Counted from the stretch's first letter, positions 51,577-61,553 are shown. The stretch: DNA of 64,000 nt from Terriglobus sp. (GCF_965201105.1 NZ_OZ241741.1:2577605-2641604); one strand, 5' to 3'. Program-made: numbers and translations. The notes: generated by a model not told the origin, from the letters alone.

Positions 51577-53058
51577 TTAGCTGCTGCGGCGACGCCCACG
51601 TCCGCTGCGACCACCGTTGCCGCTGCGGCTGCGGCGCGGTGCGTTGCCGGTCGGCTCGTGCCCGGTGCCGGCTTCGTTGGTCTTCCAGGAGCGTGATTCG
51701 AGCTGCGTCAGGTCACCCACCTTGTTCAGGTCGACGGGCGAGTTGCGCTCTTCCTTGGCGAGCTCGCCTTGGATAACACGCCAATCGAAGCTGATCTTCA
51801 GCTCACGTTCCATCTTGCGGGCGTCCGACTTTTCCTGCGGCATGACGAAGGTCGTGGCGATGCCGGTCTTTTCCGCGCGGCCGGTGCGGCCGATGCGGTG
51901 CACGAAATCGTCGCTGGCACCCGGCAGGTCGTAGTTGACGACGTGCGCGATGTGCGAGATGTCGATGCCGCGAGCGGCCACGTCCGTGGCGACCAGGATG
52001 CGGCTCTTGCCGGTGGCGAAAGCCTTCAGAGCGGCGGTGCGCTGCCCCTGCGAACGGTCGCCGTGAATGGTGGCAACCTGGTGACCGAGCTTTTCGAGCT
52101 TGCGGCTGATACGGTCGGCGCCATGCTTGGTGCGGCTGAAGACAAGATAGGTTCCCTCTTCTTCGCCGAGCATCTTGTCGAGCAGCGACAGCTTCTGGTC
52201 TTGCATGACGGTATAGGCGCGGAGTTCGACCCGTTCATTCGGCTTGGAGGTGTTGCCGATTTCAACGCGGATCGGTTTGTAGACGTACTCGCGCACGACC
52301 TCGCCGATGTTGGCGTCAAGCGTGGCGGAGTAGCACATGGTCTGGCGATCGCGCGGAAGGGCGGCAACGATGCGGCGGATCGATGGCAAGAAGCCCATGT
52401 CGAGCATGCGGTCGACCTCGTCAAGGACGAGCATTTCCACGTCGCGCAGATCGATCTCGCCGCGCTTCAGGTAGTCCTCGAGGCGTCCCGGTGTAGCGAC
52501 GACAAGACGGGGTCCGCGGCGGATCTGCTCGATCTGCGCGTGCTCGGAAAGGCCGCCGCAGACCAGAACGGAGTCGTTCTTGGCGCTGGAGACGATCTTG
52601 CTGTACTGCTCAAGCACCTGCATGGCGAGCTCGCGCGTGGGCAGCAGGATAAGCGCACGAACGGGCGAACCGGAGCGGCGCTTGCCCTTCTGGTTCTGCG
52701 CGGGAGGCGCGACCAGAGGCGTGGAATCCATGATGTCGATGAGCGGAACCAGAAAGCTGAGGGTCTTGCCGGTGCCGGTGGCGGCGGTGGCCAGGACGTC
52801 GTACCCCTCAAGCGCCGGCTGGATCGCCTTGGCCTGGACCGGGGTTGGCGTAATGAAGCCGGCGTTTTTCAGGCGCTGCTTCAGCTTGTCGGAAATGTCG
52901 AACGAGTCGAACGTGAGGCCGTCGGGGACGGTGTTGCCGGGCTTGGGCAGAGCGACGTTCTCAATGCGCTCTTCGAATGTGGTGTCAAGGGTGTTGTCGA
53001 GTGTTGCGGAAACGGAAGTGGTCAAGAATCGCTTTCTTTGTGTATGCGGAGCGCTCAA
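51577..53058 (-). CDS. DEAD-box ATP-dependent RNA helicase
   Basis: Q motif F..F...TPVQ, ATGTGKT, PTRELA, DEVD, SAT and HRIGRTGR, with an Arg/Ser/Gly-rich C-terminal tail. Confidence 0.92.
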   Translation of the reverse strand: MSAPHTQRKRFLTTSVSATLDNTLDTTFEERIENVALPKPGNTVPDGLTFDSFDISDKLKQRLKNAGFITPTPVQAKAIQPALEGYDVLATAATGTGKTLSFLVPLIDIMDSTPLVAPPAQNQKGKRRSGSPVRALILLPTRELAMQVLEQYSKIVSSAKNDSVLVCGGLSEHAQIEQIRRGPRLVVATPGRLEDYLKRGEIDLRDVEMLVLDEVDRMLDMGFLPSIRRIVAALPRDRQTMCYSATLDANIGEVVREYVYKPIRVEIGNTSKPNERVELRAYTVMQDQKLSLLDKMLGEEEGTYLVFSRTKHGADRISRKLEKLGHQVATIHGDRSQGQRTAALKAFATGKSRILVATDVAARGIDISHIAHVVNYDLPGASDDFVHRIGRTGRAEKTGIATTFVMPQEKSDARKMERELKISFDWRVIQGELAKEERNSPVDLNKVGDLTQLESRSWKTNEAGTGHEPTGNAPRRSRSGNGGRSGRGRRRSS

Positions 53059-53508
53059 GCCAGAAGGCGGCGCTCACGGCCAATCGGTACAGGGATGCAG
53101 CGGTGCTGATTCGCCCATTTGGCTGGGGCGCGGCACCATGGATATCCAAGAATCTGGGTTCAGCTTACCCGCGATGTCTGCGAGATCGGCTGCTGCACGG
53201 CGAGGTCTCACGTTGAGACCGGTCAAGCCAGAGCAACCAACGCTTCCTTTGTCACAGCAAGGATGGCATCAGCGAAGGGGTACATGCATTGCGGTCTCTG
53301 GCCAACCCCAATCCACTTCAGGGTCGTTCCCGGCAACGCAGAGTGGCACTCAGTCCACTTCTGCAATAGTAGCAGGCGTGTCAAGACCTGGTGGGCCGGA
53401 AGCGATGATGACCGAGAGACTTCCAGAACAGACGGCGGGATGTGGGCTTGCGCTGCGCGCTTCGTCTTAAGTACGGGTTTGCTTTCGACCAGCACAGTGC
53501 CACAGTTC

Positions 53509-53982
53509 TCAAGCTTGAGATGACCCGTTCGGCTTTGACAGGTAGCGGTCCAGGTTGCTGTAGACCTCGCCCCACAAACCGCTCGCGGTGAAGCCAAAAC
53601 CCAGCCAGATGGGCAGCAGCACCGGCCACCAAAGCTGCCAGAAAGCGTTTGCAACCGCGGTGTCAGCGGGTGCGGCGGGATCGTACAGCACCGGGATGGG
53701 GGTGCCGACGCGGCGGGAGCCCATACCGTTCTGGTTATAGCGAATGATCTTGCCGGTTAAGTCGGTGAACTCAATGTCGGGGTGGGCACCCGAATCGGTG
53801 GCGGCCGGGTCACCCGCGCGTGCGACTGCGTGACCCGTGGTACGGATCGCGTGGCGCAACAGATGGGTCAATCGAACAGACTGCCAGACGCCGATGCCGA
53901 GCGCAACGACACCAACGAGCAGGAAAACTGCGCGAATGAACGGGCGATCGCGCTTGCGCTGCCATGTCATGGGTGACTCCAT
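53509..53982 (-). CDS. DUF3592-like membrane protein
   Basis: 157 aa with an N-terminal TM (AVFLLVGVVALGIGVW), a central beta-rich segment and a C-terminal TM pair. Confidence 0.55.
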   Translation of the reverse strand: MESPMTWQRKRDRPFIRAVFLLVGVVALGIGVWQSVRLTHLLRHAIRTTGHAVARAGDPAATDSGAHPDIEFTDLTGKIIRYNQNGMGSRRVGTPIPVLYDPAAPADTAVANAFWQLWWPVLLPIWLGFGFTASGLWGEVYSNLDRYLSKPNGSSQA

Positions 53983-54096
53983 GCTCAGCTTAGCCGCAAG
54001 ACATGGAACAAGTCATTGCGGCGGCGTGCCGTCGTGGTTTGCAAACCGTCAGGGGCGCGCACTGCAAACACGGGGTTTGCCGGCACTGACGAGAGA

Positions 54097-55650
54097 CTAC
54101 TGCGCGAGGTATCGATCTGCTGTTCGCAACGAAAGCGCCATAATGGTGAGCGCCGGGTTGGCGGCGAGCGAGGTTGGGAAGACGGAGTTGTCGGCGATCC
54201 AGAGATTGGGAACGTCCCAGCTCTTGCCGTAGGGGTCAACCACAGATTCCGCCGCGAGTGCGCCCATGCGGCAGGTGCCGACGGTATGCGCGGTGCGCTT
54301 GGACGACCACAGGTCTTTGCCACCGGCGGCCATCAGGATGCGCCGCATGTTGTTTTCAGCGTGATCGCTCATCTTGTTCTCGTTTTCGCCGAGTGAGAAG
54401 GTGATGAGCGGCTTGGCGAGGCCGTGCCCGTCCTTTTCGTCGCTCAGCGTCAGGCGGTTGTCCGGGTTGGGCAGCGTGTCGCCATTCATGCCGATGCCGG
54501 CGGCGTTGTTGTACTGCAGAAGGTAATCGGTGAGCGCCTGACCGACCAGGTTGCGGCCCGCGGCGACCTGTTCGGCCCAGGCAACAGGCAGGATGCCGTA
54601 GCTCTGCAGCAGGTACCCACCTGCGTAGCTCGCGTCCTTTGCCCGCATGAAGTCTTCGGTGATGAGCGAAGCCGGAAAGCCCTTGTAGGGCCGCGTGTCC
54701 GCCCGCATGGTCGCCCACACCTGGGTCGAGATGTGCGCCATGAAGTTGCGGCCAACCTGGCCGGAGGAGTTGCCAATGCCCCAGTGCAGCAGCTGACGAG
54801 GAGACTCAACACCCCCGGCGCATAGAAAGACGGCCCGGCAACGCTGCCGCTGTTCGTGGCCTTCGGCATCGGTGTAAACCACTGCGGTGATCGCGCCGGC
54901 GGAATCACGCTTCACGCCGTGTACGTAGGATTCGGCGCGGATCTCTGCACCGGCTGCAAGCGCCGCTGGCAGAAATGTCACGTCCATGGTCGCCTTGGCG
55001 CCGTTGCGGCAACCCTGGTGGCAATAGCCCCGGTTCACGCACGCGTTGCGCGTTCCGTATTCAGGACGCGTGTAGCTCTGCGAAACGGCGGCGATGGGCG
55101 CGTGCGCAACGCGGATGCCGAGGCCCTCGCAACCCACGGCCATGTAAATGGCGGAGCTGTTCAAGGGCAGCGGCGGCAAAGGATACTTGCGATCGGCGTC
55201 CCAGGGGTATTTGGCGGGGCCGGACACGCCCAGAAAGGCCTCAAGCCATTCGTAGTAGGGCTTCAGGTCGGCAAGCGTCAGCGGCCAGTCAATCGCAACG
55301 CCGTCGTTGGACTGCAGCTTCAGATCACGCTCATCCGGACGCGGCGCATAAGCACCCCAATGGATCATGCCGCCGCCCACGCCCTTGCCGCTGTTGTTCG
55401 CGCCAAAGCTGGTGGGGTCCGCGCCCGCGCTCAGGCGCTCGTCCTTCCAGTACATCGGGGCTTCCAATTCGTCGGACGGAAACTCGTTCTCGGGATCCTG
55501 AAACCACTGCCCCGCTTCCAGCGCGACCACGCTGCGGCCTGCGCTTGCGAGCTTCCACAGCAGCGGTGCTCCACCAGCGCCGGTGCCGATGATCACGGCG
55601 TCTACTACGTCATTCGTGGCGAACTGCTTCATGCCGGCAGGCTTCTTCAT
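54097..55650 (-). CDS. GMC family FAD-dependent oxidoreductase (gluconate 2-dehydrogenase flavoprotein-like)
   Basis: VDAVIIGTGAGGAPLL (FAD GxGxxG) and C-terminal ...HTVGTCRMG...NLWIADNSVFPTS. Confidence 0.88.
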   Translation of the reverse strand: MKKPAGMKQFATNDVVDAVIIGTGAGGAPLLWKLASAGRSVVALEAGQWFQDPENEFPSDELEAPMYWKDERLSAGADPTSFGANNSGKGVGGGMIHWGAYAPRPDERDLKLQSNDGVAIDWPLTLADLKPYYEWLEAFLGVSGPAKYPWDADRKYPLPPLPLNSSAIYMAVGCEGLGIRVAHAPIAAVSQSYTRPEYGTRNACVNRGYCHQGCRNGAKATMDVTFLPAALAAGAEIRAESYVHGVKRDSAGAITAVVYTDAEGHEQRQRCRAVFLCAGGVESPRQLLHWGIGNSSGQVGRNFMAHISTQVWATMRADTRPYKGFPASLITEDFMRAKDASYAGGYLLQSYGILPVAWAEQVAAGRNLVGQALTDYLLQYNNAAGIGMNGDTLPNPDNRLTLSDEKDGHGLAKPLITFSLGENENKMSDHAENNMRRILMAAGGKDLWSSKRTAHTVGTCRMGALAAESVVDPYGKSWDVPNLWIADNSVFPTSLAANPALTIMALSLRTADRYLAQ

Positions 55651-56276
55651 CGCGCGCCACCCTGGGTCTGCGTGGAACCATCACTTTCACCCGGGCCCTG
55701 ATACTCGAACAGCGCGGCGGAGTTGGGGCCGATGGAGCGCCAGCCCTCGTTCCCGGTGGCGCCGTCGGCAAAGCCGAAGTAGCCTACGGCACGCATCGCG
55801 TCGGGGTGGGCCATCCAGAAGCGCACCACATCGGTCCGCAGCAGCCGAATGAAGGTAGAAAGCGGGAACTGCGCCGGTCCGTCGACATCGCCGTTGCAAA
55901 CACAACGGATGTAGCCTTCGCGCGCGGGCGGGGGCATGCGGTCGAACCTCTTCATGGACGTTTGCTCGAGCATCTTGTGAAAGATCGCCAGACCCTGGCG
56001 GTAGGCTTCGCCGTCGGGTGGCAGCACCGCATAGCGGAAGCCAGCGTTTTCGCCCGCGGCAAGACGGCGGTCAATGGCCTCTGCGATGTCGACGTGTGTG
56101 CCGGCCGCATCTTGCGGCAGGATGGTTTCCACCAGCGAGCGCAGCATGACCATATGCTCCGCGCTGAGGAATGGTGAGTAAGGCGCAGGCGCGGCACGCT
56201 CCTGAAGCACGCGGCGCGTTGCGGTGGAGGTGCGCGCGGCGACCTCTGGATTTTCAAGAATGGGTAGCAAGCTCAT
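55647..56276 (-). CDS. Gluconate 2-dehydrogenase subunit 3-like small subunit
   Basis: ATG at 56276. Its stop overlaps the GMC gene start. ...LVETILPQDAAG... is typical of this family. An RR-containing N-terminus (ATRRVLQ) may be a Tat signal. Confidence 0.65.
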   Translation of the reverse strand: MSLLPILENPEVAARTSTATRRVLQERAAPAPYSPFLSAEHMVMLRSLVETILPQDAAGTHVDIAEAIDRRLAAGENAGFRYAVLPPDGEAYRQGLAIFHKMLEQTSMKRFDRMPPPAREGYIRCVCNGDVDGPAQFPLSTFIRLLRTDVVRFWMAHPDAMRAVGYFGFADGATGNEGWRSIGPNSAALFEYQGPGESDGSTQTQGGAR

Positions 56277-56445
56277 CGTGGAAAATAGACGCGCGATTCT
56301 GCCGAGTGGCTTCTTTACATGCCTTGATGCGAGCGCGGATGCGGGCAGTTGTGACCGCAGTGTGGCCCTGGTCTGAAATCTTTGGCGGTGCGAACACAGC
56401 CGCCGTTGCAAGCGGTCGCCCGCGGCCGCACGGCATCACTGTTGC

Positions 56446-57225
56446 ATGCTGCCGTTTCGTGAGTATGGATTGCAGACAGCAGACTCGCCGCAGAAGGGGT
56501 CGCCTGTATTTCTGCTGCTCCACTTCTTTGGTGGTTCGCATCGCGAGTGGGACGGTGTGATCTCGCTTTTAGAGGAGCGGCACCGGTTGATCGCGGCAGA
56601 CATGGCCGGCTTTGGTGAAGCTGCGGCGCTGGTGGGATACAGCGTCTCTGAAATGGCCGCGCGCATCTGCGAATTGGTGCAGTACCTGGCGCCCGCGCAG
56701 GTCATTCTGGCCGCTCATTCCATGAGCGGAAAAGCGGCAATGGTCGTGGCTGCGGAGCCGCCGGCGAACCTGGCTGGCGTGGCCCTGGTGGCACCATCGC
56801 CTTTGAGCGGCGAACCGATAAGCGATGCCGCGCGTGCGGAAATGCGCGTGGCCAACACGTCGCGTGAGCGCGCCGAGAAGTTCACGCGGGCAGGCTTTGC
56901 CCACGCGCCTTCCGATGAACTGCTTGAGATTGCCGTAGCAGATGTGCTGCGCTCGAGCGATGATGCGTTCCACGCCTGGGCGGATCAAGGCACGCGTGAG
57001 AACTGGTCCGGGCGCGTGACGGAATTCCGTGTGAAGACGGTGCTGATCGTGGGCGAGAAGGATGCGGCGATCGATCCGGAGTTGCAGAAGCGCGAAACGC
57101 TGCCGCTGGTGGAGGCGAGCGGCGGGCGCATGTACTTGCTGCCCGATTGCGCGCACCTGGTGCCCTATGAAGCGCCTGTTCAGCTTTCCAGCATCCTGGA
57201 GGGTTTCGCTGCAGAGCTGATCTGA
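56446..57225 (+). CDS. Alpha/beta hydrolase
   Basis: VFLLLHFFGGSHREW (HG-like oxyanion region), nucleophile elbow AAHSMSG and C-terminal ...DCAHLVPYE. Confidence 0.8.
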   Translation: MLPFREYGLQTADSPQKGSPVFLLLHFFGGSHREWDGVISLLEERHRLIAADMAGFGEAAALVGYSVSEMAARICELVQYLAPAQVILAAHSMSGKAAMVVAAEPPANLAGVALVAPSPLSGEPISDAARAEMRVANTSRERAEKFTRAGFAHAPSDELLEIAVADVLRSSDDAFHAWADQGTRENWSGRVTEFRVKTVLIVGEKDAAIDPELQKRETLPLVEASGGRMYLLPDCAHLVPYEAPVQLSSILEGFAAELI

Positions 57226-57271
57226 CTGCGATGGGTGGGGCGCCGCATGCAGTAAGCTTGACCTACTCGCG

Positions 57272-58930
57272 ATGATGGCTTCGATCCCGCGCACTGCGCC
57301 AGGCTCCCGCTCCGTGTGGGCGACGGTAAGCGTAAGCGCCCTGATCACCTATGTGTTGGGTGCACTGTATCTGCTGGCGCGCATTCTGCGGGTGACGCAC
57401 GGACATTTCACCTATACGCTGGACGATCCTTACATTCACCTGGCCTTATCCGAGCGCATTCGCCATGGCCTGTACGGTCTGAATGCGGGCGAGCCGGCGA
57501 GTCCATCTTCCAGCGTGCTGTGGCCTTTTCTGTTCGTCCCGTTTGCGGGAACGCGGCTGATGGTGTTTCTACCACTGATCCTGAATCTGGTCTTCGGATG
57601 CGTTGCCGCGTGGTGCCTGGGCGCACTGGTGGATCGCTATGTACACGGAGAGCCGATGGAGCGGCGACAGCGATGGCTGGCGCACCTGCTTGGCGTCCTG
57701 CTGGTATTCGCGACAAACCTGCTGGGGCTGACCTTTTTGGGTCTGGAGCAGTTGCTGGAAACGCTGCTGTGCATCGGTTGCGCTTTCCTGCTGATCGCGG
57801 CAGCGGAGGAAACTTCCTTGCCGCGGTGGTCGGTCGGCGCGGCGATTCTGCTGCCAATGGTGCGGTATGAGGGCCTGCTCGTCACGTTCGCCGTCGTATT
57901 CGCACTGGCATCGCTTCGACGTTGGAGGATAGCTGCTGTTGTGCTGGTGGCATCGTGCCTTCCGGTCCTGCTGTTCAGCGTGTTCCTGCACCACCTGGGG
58001 CTTCCAATTCTACCCATGTCCGTGCTGGTGAAACGCGTGATGATTTCGGGCGAAGGCAGCGGTTTGCGGCACCTGGCGTCAGTCGTGAGCGGCGCACTGC
58101 AGGCGGCGAAAAACGACTCCGAACATTACACGGTCGTGATGCTGGTGGCGGTCTCCATAGCGACACTGCTGTATGTGTGGCGTAGCCGGCGGTTCATGCC
58201 GGTGCTGCTGGCGGTGAGCGGGGTGGCGGTGATTCAACTGCTGTTTGGGCCGTTCGCGTGGTTCTACCGGTATGAGATGTATTGCGTCAGCTTTGTTTTG
58301 CCGGTGTTGCTGGCCTGCAGTTTGGGAGGCTGGGGCGCAGAGCGGGACGGCTCCACTGTGGCGGGCGGCAGGCGCACGACGCAGCCGGCGCTGGGCCTGC
58401 TGTGCGTGGCTACCGGGGCCATCGTGCTGCACTACCTTCAGGCGTTTACGGGGACACCGAATGCGGCACAATCTGTTTTGCGGGAGCAGGGGCAGTTGGC
58501 GCGGCTGACGACCGAGTTCTACCCTGGGCCGGTTGCCGTAAACGATCTGGGCCTGGTGTCGTACCAGCGAACTGCGCAGCAGTATGTGTTGGACCTGGGC
58601 GCGTTGGGTTCGCCGGAGGTCTTTCACACACCGTCATCGGAACGGACGCCTGCATGGCTTGACTCCGTTGTGGCAGAGCACCACATCGGCTTGGTCGCCA
58701 TTTACCCGGAGTGGTTCAAGGCGTTGCCAAAGGATTGGCAGCCTGTCGCAAAGCTGTGCGCGGAAGAGGCGTATTACGGACCTGCTACGCCACGCGTGAT
58801 GCTGTACGGGACGCCGGATGCGAACGGAGCAGACCTGATGCGCTCCCTGACGCAGTTCAAGGCAACCTTGTCGCCCGGCACCCTGCTGGAACTGCATCCG
58901 CAAAACGCGTCGCAAACCTGCAGGCCGTGA
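57272..58930 (+). CDS. Polytopic membrane protein (possible GT-C-fold glycosyltransferase)
   Basis: 552 aa with ten or more hydrophobic helices. An acidic motif TLDDPYIH follows the first TM, and there is a soluble C-terminal domain. Function speculative. Confidence 0.55.
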   Translation: MMASIPRTAPGSRSVWATVSVSALITYVLGALYLLARILRVTHGHFTYTLDDPYIHLALSERIRHGLYGLNAGEPASPSSSVLWPFLFVPFAGTRLMVFLPLILNLVFGCVAAWCLGALVDRYVHGEPMERRQRWLAHLLGVLLVFATNLLGLTFLGLEQLLETLLCIGCAFLLIAAAEETSLPRWSVGAAILLPMVRYEGLLVTFAVVFALASLRRWRIAAVVLVASCLPVLLFSVFLHHLGLPILPMSVLVKRVMISGEGSGLRHLASVVSGALQAAKNDSEHYTVVMLVAVSIATLLYVWRSRRFMPVLLAVSGVAVIQLLFGPFAWFYRYEMYCVSFVLPVLLACSLGGWGAERDGSTVAGGRRTTQPALGLLCVATGAIVLHYLQAFTGTPNAAQSVLREQGQLARLTTEFYPGPVAVNDLGLVSYQRTAQQYVLDLGALGSPEVFHTPSSERTPAWLDSVVAEHHIGLVAIYPEWFKALPKDWQPVAKLCAEEAYYGPATPRVMLYGTPDANGADLMRSLTQFKATLSPGTLLELHPQNASQTCRP

Positions 58931-58941
58931 CGAAGACACGC

Positions 58942-58978
58942 ACAGAAAAGCCCCGGGGTTACACCGGGGCTTTTCTGT
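58942..58978. terminator. Bidirectional rho-independent terminator
   Basis: ACAGAAAAGCCCCGG-GGTTACA-CCGGGGCTTTTCTGT between convergent genes (stops at 58930 and 59016). Confidence 0.75.
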
Positions 58979-59015
58979 CTGTACACCTGCGGCGATACTG
59001 ATCCGCGCGGCACCA

Positions 59016-60221
59016 TCAATTCTTGGACGGATCGAATTCATTCGCGCCGGCCATCGCAACACCGACCGGCGTGAACGTGTGCAGCACGCGAACGGTGCTG
59101 CCCTGCTCCGCGATTACCTCGGGCAATCGCTTGTAGCAGTGCGGCGACTCGTCCAAACCGCCGCCGCGCAGCACCACGTTCGCCTCGCGCAACCAACTTT
59201 GCATCATCTGCGGCTTCACCAGGCCCTCGCGTTTGCACACACCGGTCTTGCGATCAAAGACACCCGCCGCCTGCTTGCGGGCCATGACCCGGCCTGCGCC
59301 GTGTACGGTGGAGAACATGGCCGCGCGCTGTGCTTCGCGTGTGACATCGTCCACAGTTTCGGGCTTAACGCCCTCCAGGATGACCGACACCTCACCCATG
59401 GTGCCGCCGACAAACCCACGCTGCCCGGGAAAGGCCGGCGTGGCACCCTTGCGGCAGACCCAGAGCAGCTTGCCGTCGTGCTCTTCCTGCCAGGCGAAGT
59501 TGTGGTGGTTGTGCACCTGCTCAACCACGGGTGCGCCGAGCAGACGCGCGACACGGTCACAGACCCAGTCGCGCCCGGCGTACGCGTATGCGCCGCCCAG
59601 TTGCATGGCGGTGATGTACTGCGCGCCAAGGTCGCTGGAAACATCGAGCCAGACCGGATCGACCATCATACAGTCCTTCGCCTCAGCGGCCTTCAGGAAC
59701 CATGTGGCAATGCCATGACCCAGACCGCGCGAACCGAAGTGAACACCAACCCACACGCGATCCTGCTCGTCGGTGAAGAGGTCGACGTAGTGGTTGCCGC
59801 TACCGATGGTTCCAAGCTGCGCTTCGGCCTTGCGCTTCAGCGGAGCCGCTGCTTCCGTGTTCCAGCCGGCGTGACCGTCGCGCTCGAAAAGCGGGTGCGC
59901 ATTCTCCTCATTGTTCTTGCGGCCAACGCCAAACGACAACGTATTCCAGATGTCGTCCATGATGCGGTGGATGTTGGCGCGCAGTTCCGTGCCGGGCATA
60001 TCGAGACGCACCGCCTTGTTCCCACAGGCGATGTCGAAGCCGACCGCCGTCGGCGAAATGCGATCCTGCGCCGCGATCACCCCGCCGATGGGTACGCCAT
60101 AGCCAAGATGGCCATCGGCCATCAGCGCGAAGCGATCCGCACTGCGGGCGCAGACCTTTGCCTGCTCCAGCGTGTTGTCCTCGTGCGTGCCCCAAACGGG
60201 AATGTTGTCGATGTATTGCAT
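59016..60221 (-). CDS. rtcB: RtcB family RNA 3'-phosphate ligase
   Basis: ...ALMADGHLGYGVPIGGV..., DIACG, GSGNHYVDLF and HNHH match the RtcB metal/GTP-site motifs. Confidence 0.9.
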   Translation of the reverse strand: MQYIDNIPVWGTHEDNTLEQAKVCARSADRFALMADGHLGYGVPIGGVIAAQDRISPTAVGFDIACGNKAVRLDMPGTELRANIHRIMDDIWNTLSFGVGRKNNEENAHPLFERDGHAGWNTEAAAPLKRKAEAQLGTIGSGNHYVDLFTDEQDRVWVGVHFGSRGLGHGIATWFLKAAEAKDCMMVDPVWLDVSSDLGAQYITAMQLGGAYAYAGRDWVCDRVARLLGAPVVEQVHNHHNFAWQEEHDGKLLWVCRKGATPAFPGQRGFVGGTMGEVSVILEGVKPETVDDVTREAQRAAMFSTVHGAGRVMARKQAAGVFDRKTGVCKREGLVKPQMMQSWLREANVVLRGGGLDESPHCYKRLPEVIAEQGSTVRVLHTFTPVGVAMAGANEFDPSKN

Positions 60222-60302
60222 TGCTCGTGTTCCTTTCTGGCCGCACGCATTTGCGCGTGCGTACCGGGTTGGGTTGGTCCGTCGGCGCTCATCGCGTCCG
60301 GA

Positions 60303-60338
60303 GCAAAAGAAAGAGCCCGGGCTGTAGCCCGGGCTCTT
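60303..60338 (-). terminator. Rho-independent terminator of tsf
   Basis: The minus strand reads AAGAGCCCGGGC-TACA-GCCCGGGCTCTT followed by TCTTTTG, 25 nt after the tsf stop. Confidence 0.75.
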
Positions 60339-60362
60339 GGATTGGTCGTTAGAGGACGAGGC

Positions 60363-61034
60363 TTATGCCTGGGCCTCCTCGGCCGGAGCTTCGGGGGTTT
60401 TGATCTGGGCGACGGTGGCGTTCGGGTCACCGATCTTGAACCGGGCGAAACGGCGAACAGAGATGTTCTCGCCGAGCTTGCCGACCTTGGTTGCAATGAC
60501 CTGGGCCACTGTCTGCGACTGTTCCTTGATGAACGGCTGGTCGAGCAGGCACACCTCTTCGAAGTACTTGCCCATCTTGCCTTCCAGCATCTTCTCGATG
60601 ATGTTAGCGGGCTTGCCGCTGGCGGCCGCCTGGGCGCGGTAGACTTCCTTTTCCTTGTCGATGTCGGCCTGCGTGACTTCCTCGCGGCTGACGTAGCGCG
60701 GATCGGCGGCGGCGATGTGCATCGAGATGTCGCGCAGAAGCTCCTGGAAGTCCTCGGTGCGGGCGACAAAGTCGGATTCGCAGTTCAGCTCGAGCAGGAC
60801 GCCGATCTTGCCGCCGGCGTGAATGTAGGTGCCAACCGCGCCTTCATTCGTGGAGCGCGACGCCTTCTTGGCAGCGGACGCCATGCCGCGCTTGCGGAGG
60901 ACAACGAAGGCTTCCTCCATGTTGCCCTTGGTTTCTTGCAGTGCTTTGAGGCAGTCGCCCATGGGCGCGCCACTCTTTTCACGCAGCTCCTTTACGAGCT
61001 TTGCGTCGATCTTGGTTGCTTCTGCTGTTGCCAT
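60363..61034 (-). CDS. tsf: Translation elongation factor Ts (short form)
   Basis: LVKELREKSGAPMGDCLKAL (UBA-like N-terminus), ...EGAVGTYIHAGGKIGVLLELNCESDFVART.... 223 aa. Confidence 0.92.
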   Translation of the reverse strand: MATAEATKIDAKLVKELREKSGAPMGDCLKALQETKGNMEEAFVVLRKRGMASAAKKASRSTNEGAVGTYIHAGGKIGVLLELNCESDFVARTEDFQELLRDISMHIAAADPRYVSREEVTQADIDKEKEVYRAQAAASGKPANIIEKMLEGKMGKYFEEVCLLDQPFIKEQSQTVAQVIATKVGKLGENISVRRFARFKIGDPNATVAQIKTPEAPAEEAQA

Positions 61035-61038
61035 GTCT

Positions 61039-61553
61039 TTACACCTTTCCGTTAATCACTAAGAGGCTCTCGATCCTCGCCTCTGAAATTTTCCACGCTG
61101 CCGGTATCTCTTCCAATTGCCCCGGAGCTGTTTTCGAGCGGCTTGTCCACTGGTGACGCACGTACAAAATGGAATCGCCTCTTCCTCCGGATGTCTGCCG
61201 TAGTCTCGCCGCAACTTCTAAAGGTGTGGCGAGATATATCCTCGGCACTACATCGTCCGGAGCGTCAGCGAACTGCACAAAACAGAACACTGTCTTAGAG
61301 CCGTGTCGCGAAAACCACGTATCAATCGCGCCGTGATAATCCGCTTTCCTTTCCTCAGAAAGCTTTGTGTTAGTCCCCAACTTCCATCTTGGCTTCCTTT
61401 GACAGTCCCTTTAAGAAGGAGATCTCCACGCGCGACGATCAGATCGTACTCAGGTTGATTGGCGCCATACTGCACTGACACGTCGAATCCTAGACGGGCA
61501 AACTGGGCAGCGGCAAAATCCTCAGCCGCTACGGCACAATTTCTAGAGTTCAT
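61039..61553 (-). pseudogene. Low-GC nuclease-like ORF split over two frames (frameshifted or recoded) between rpsB and tsf
   Basis: Frame A (61553-61248) starts MNSRNCAVAAEDFAAAQFARLGFDVSVQYGANQPEYDLIVARGDLLLKGTVKGS..., which resembles the core of a PD-(D/E)xK / Hjc-like fold. Frame B (open to 61039) has no ATG or GTG start and reads on ...ADYHGAIDTWFSRHGSKTVFCFVQF.... The frames switch near the run AGGAAAGGAAAG around 61340-61352. About 50% G+C. Confidence 0.5.

Noticed and set aside
59079-61055. 658-aa ORF on the plus strand, the longest unexplained ORF in the track
   Set aside because: It runs antisense to rtcB and tsf, both of which have unmistakable motifs. Its product is Arg/Ala/Gly/Leu-rich with no motifs. 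This is typical of stop-codon-poor antisense frames in high-GC DNA.
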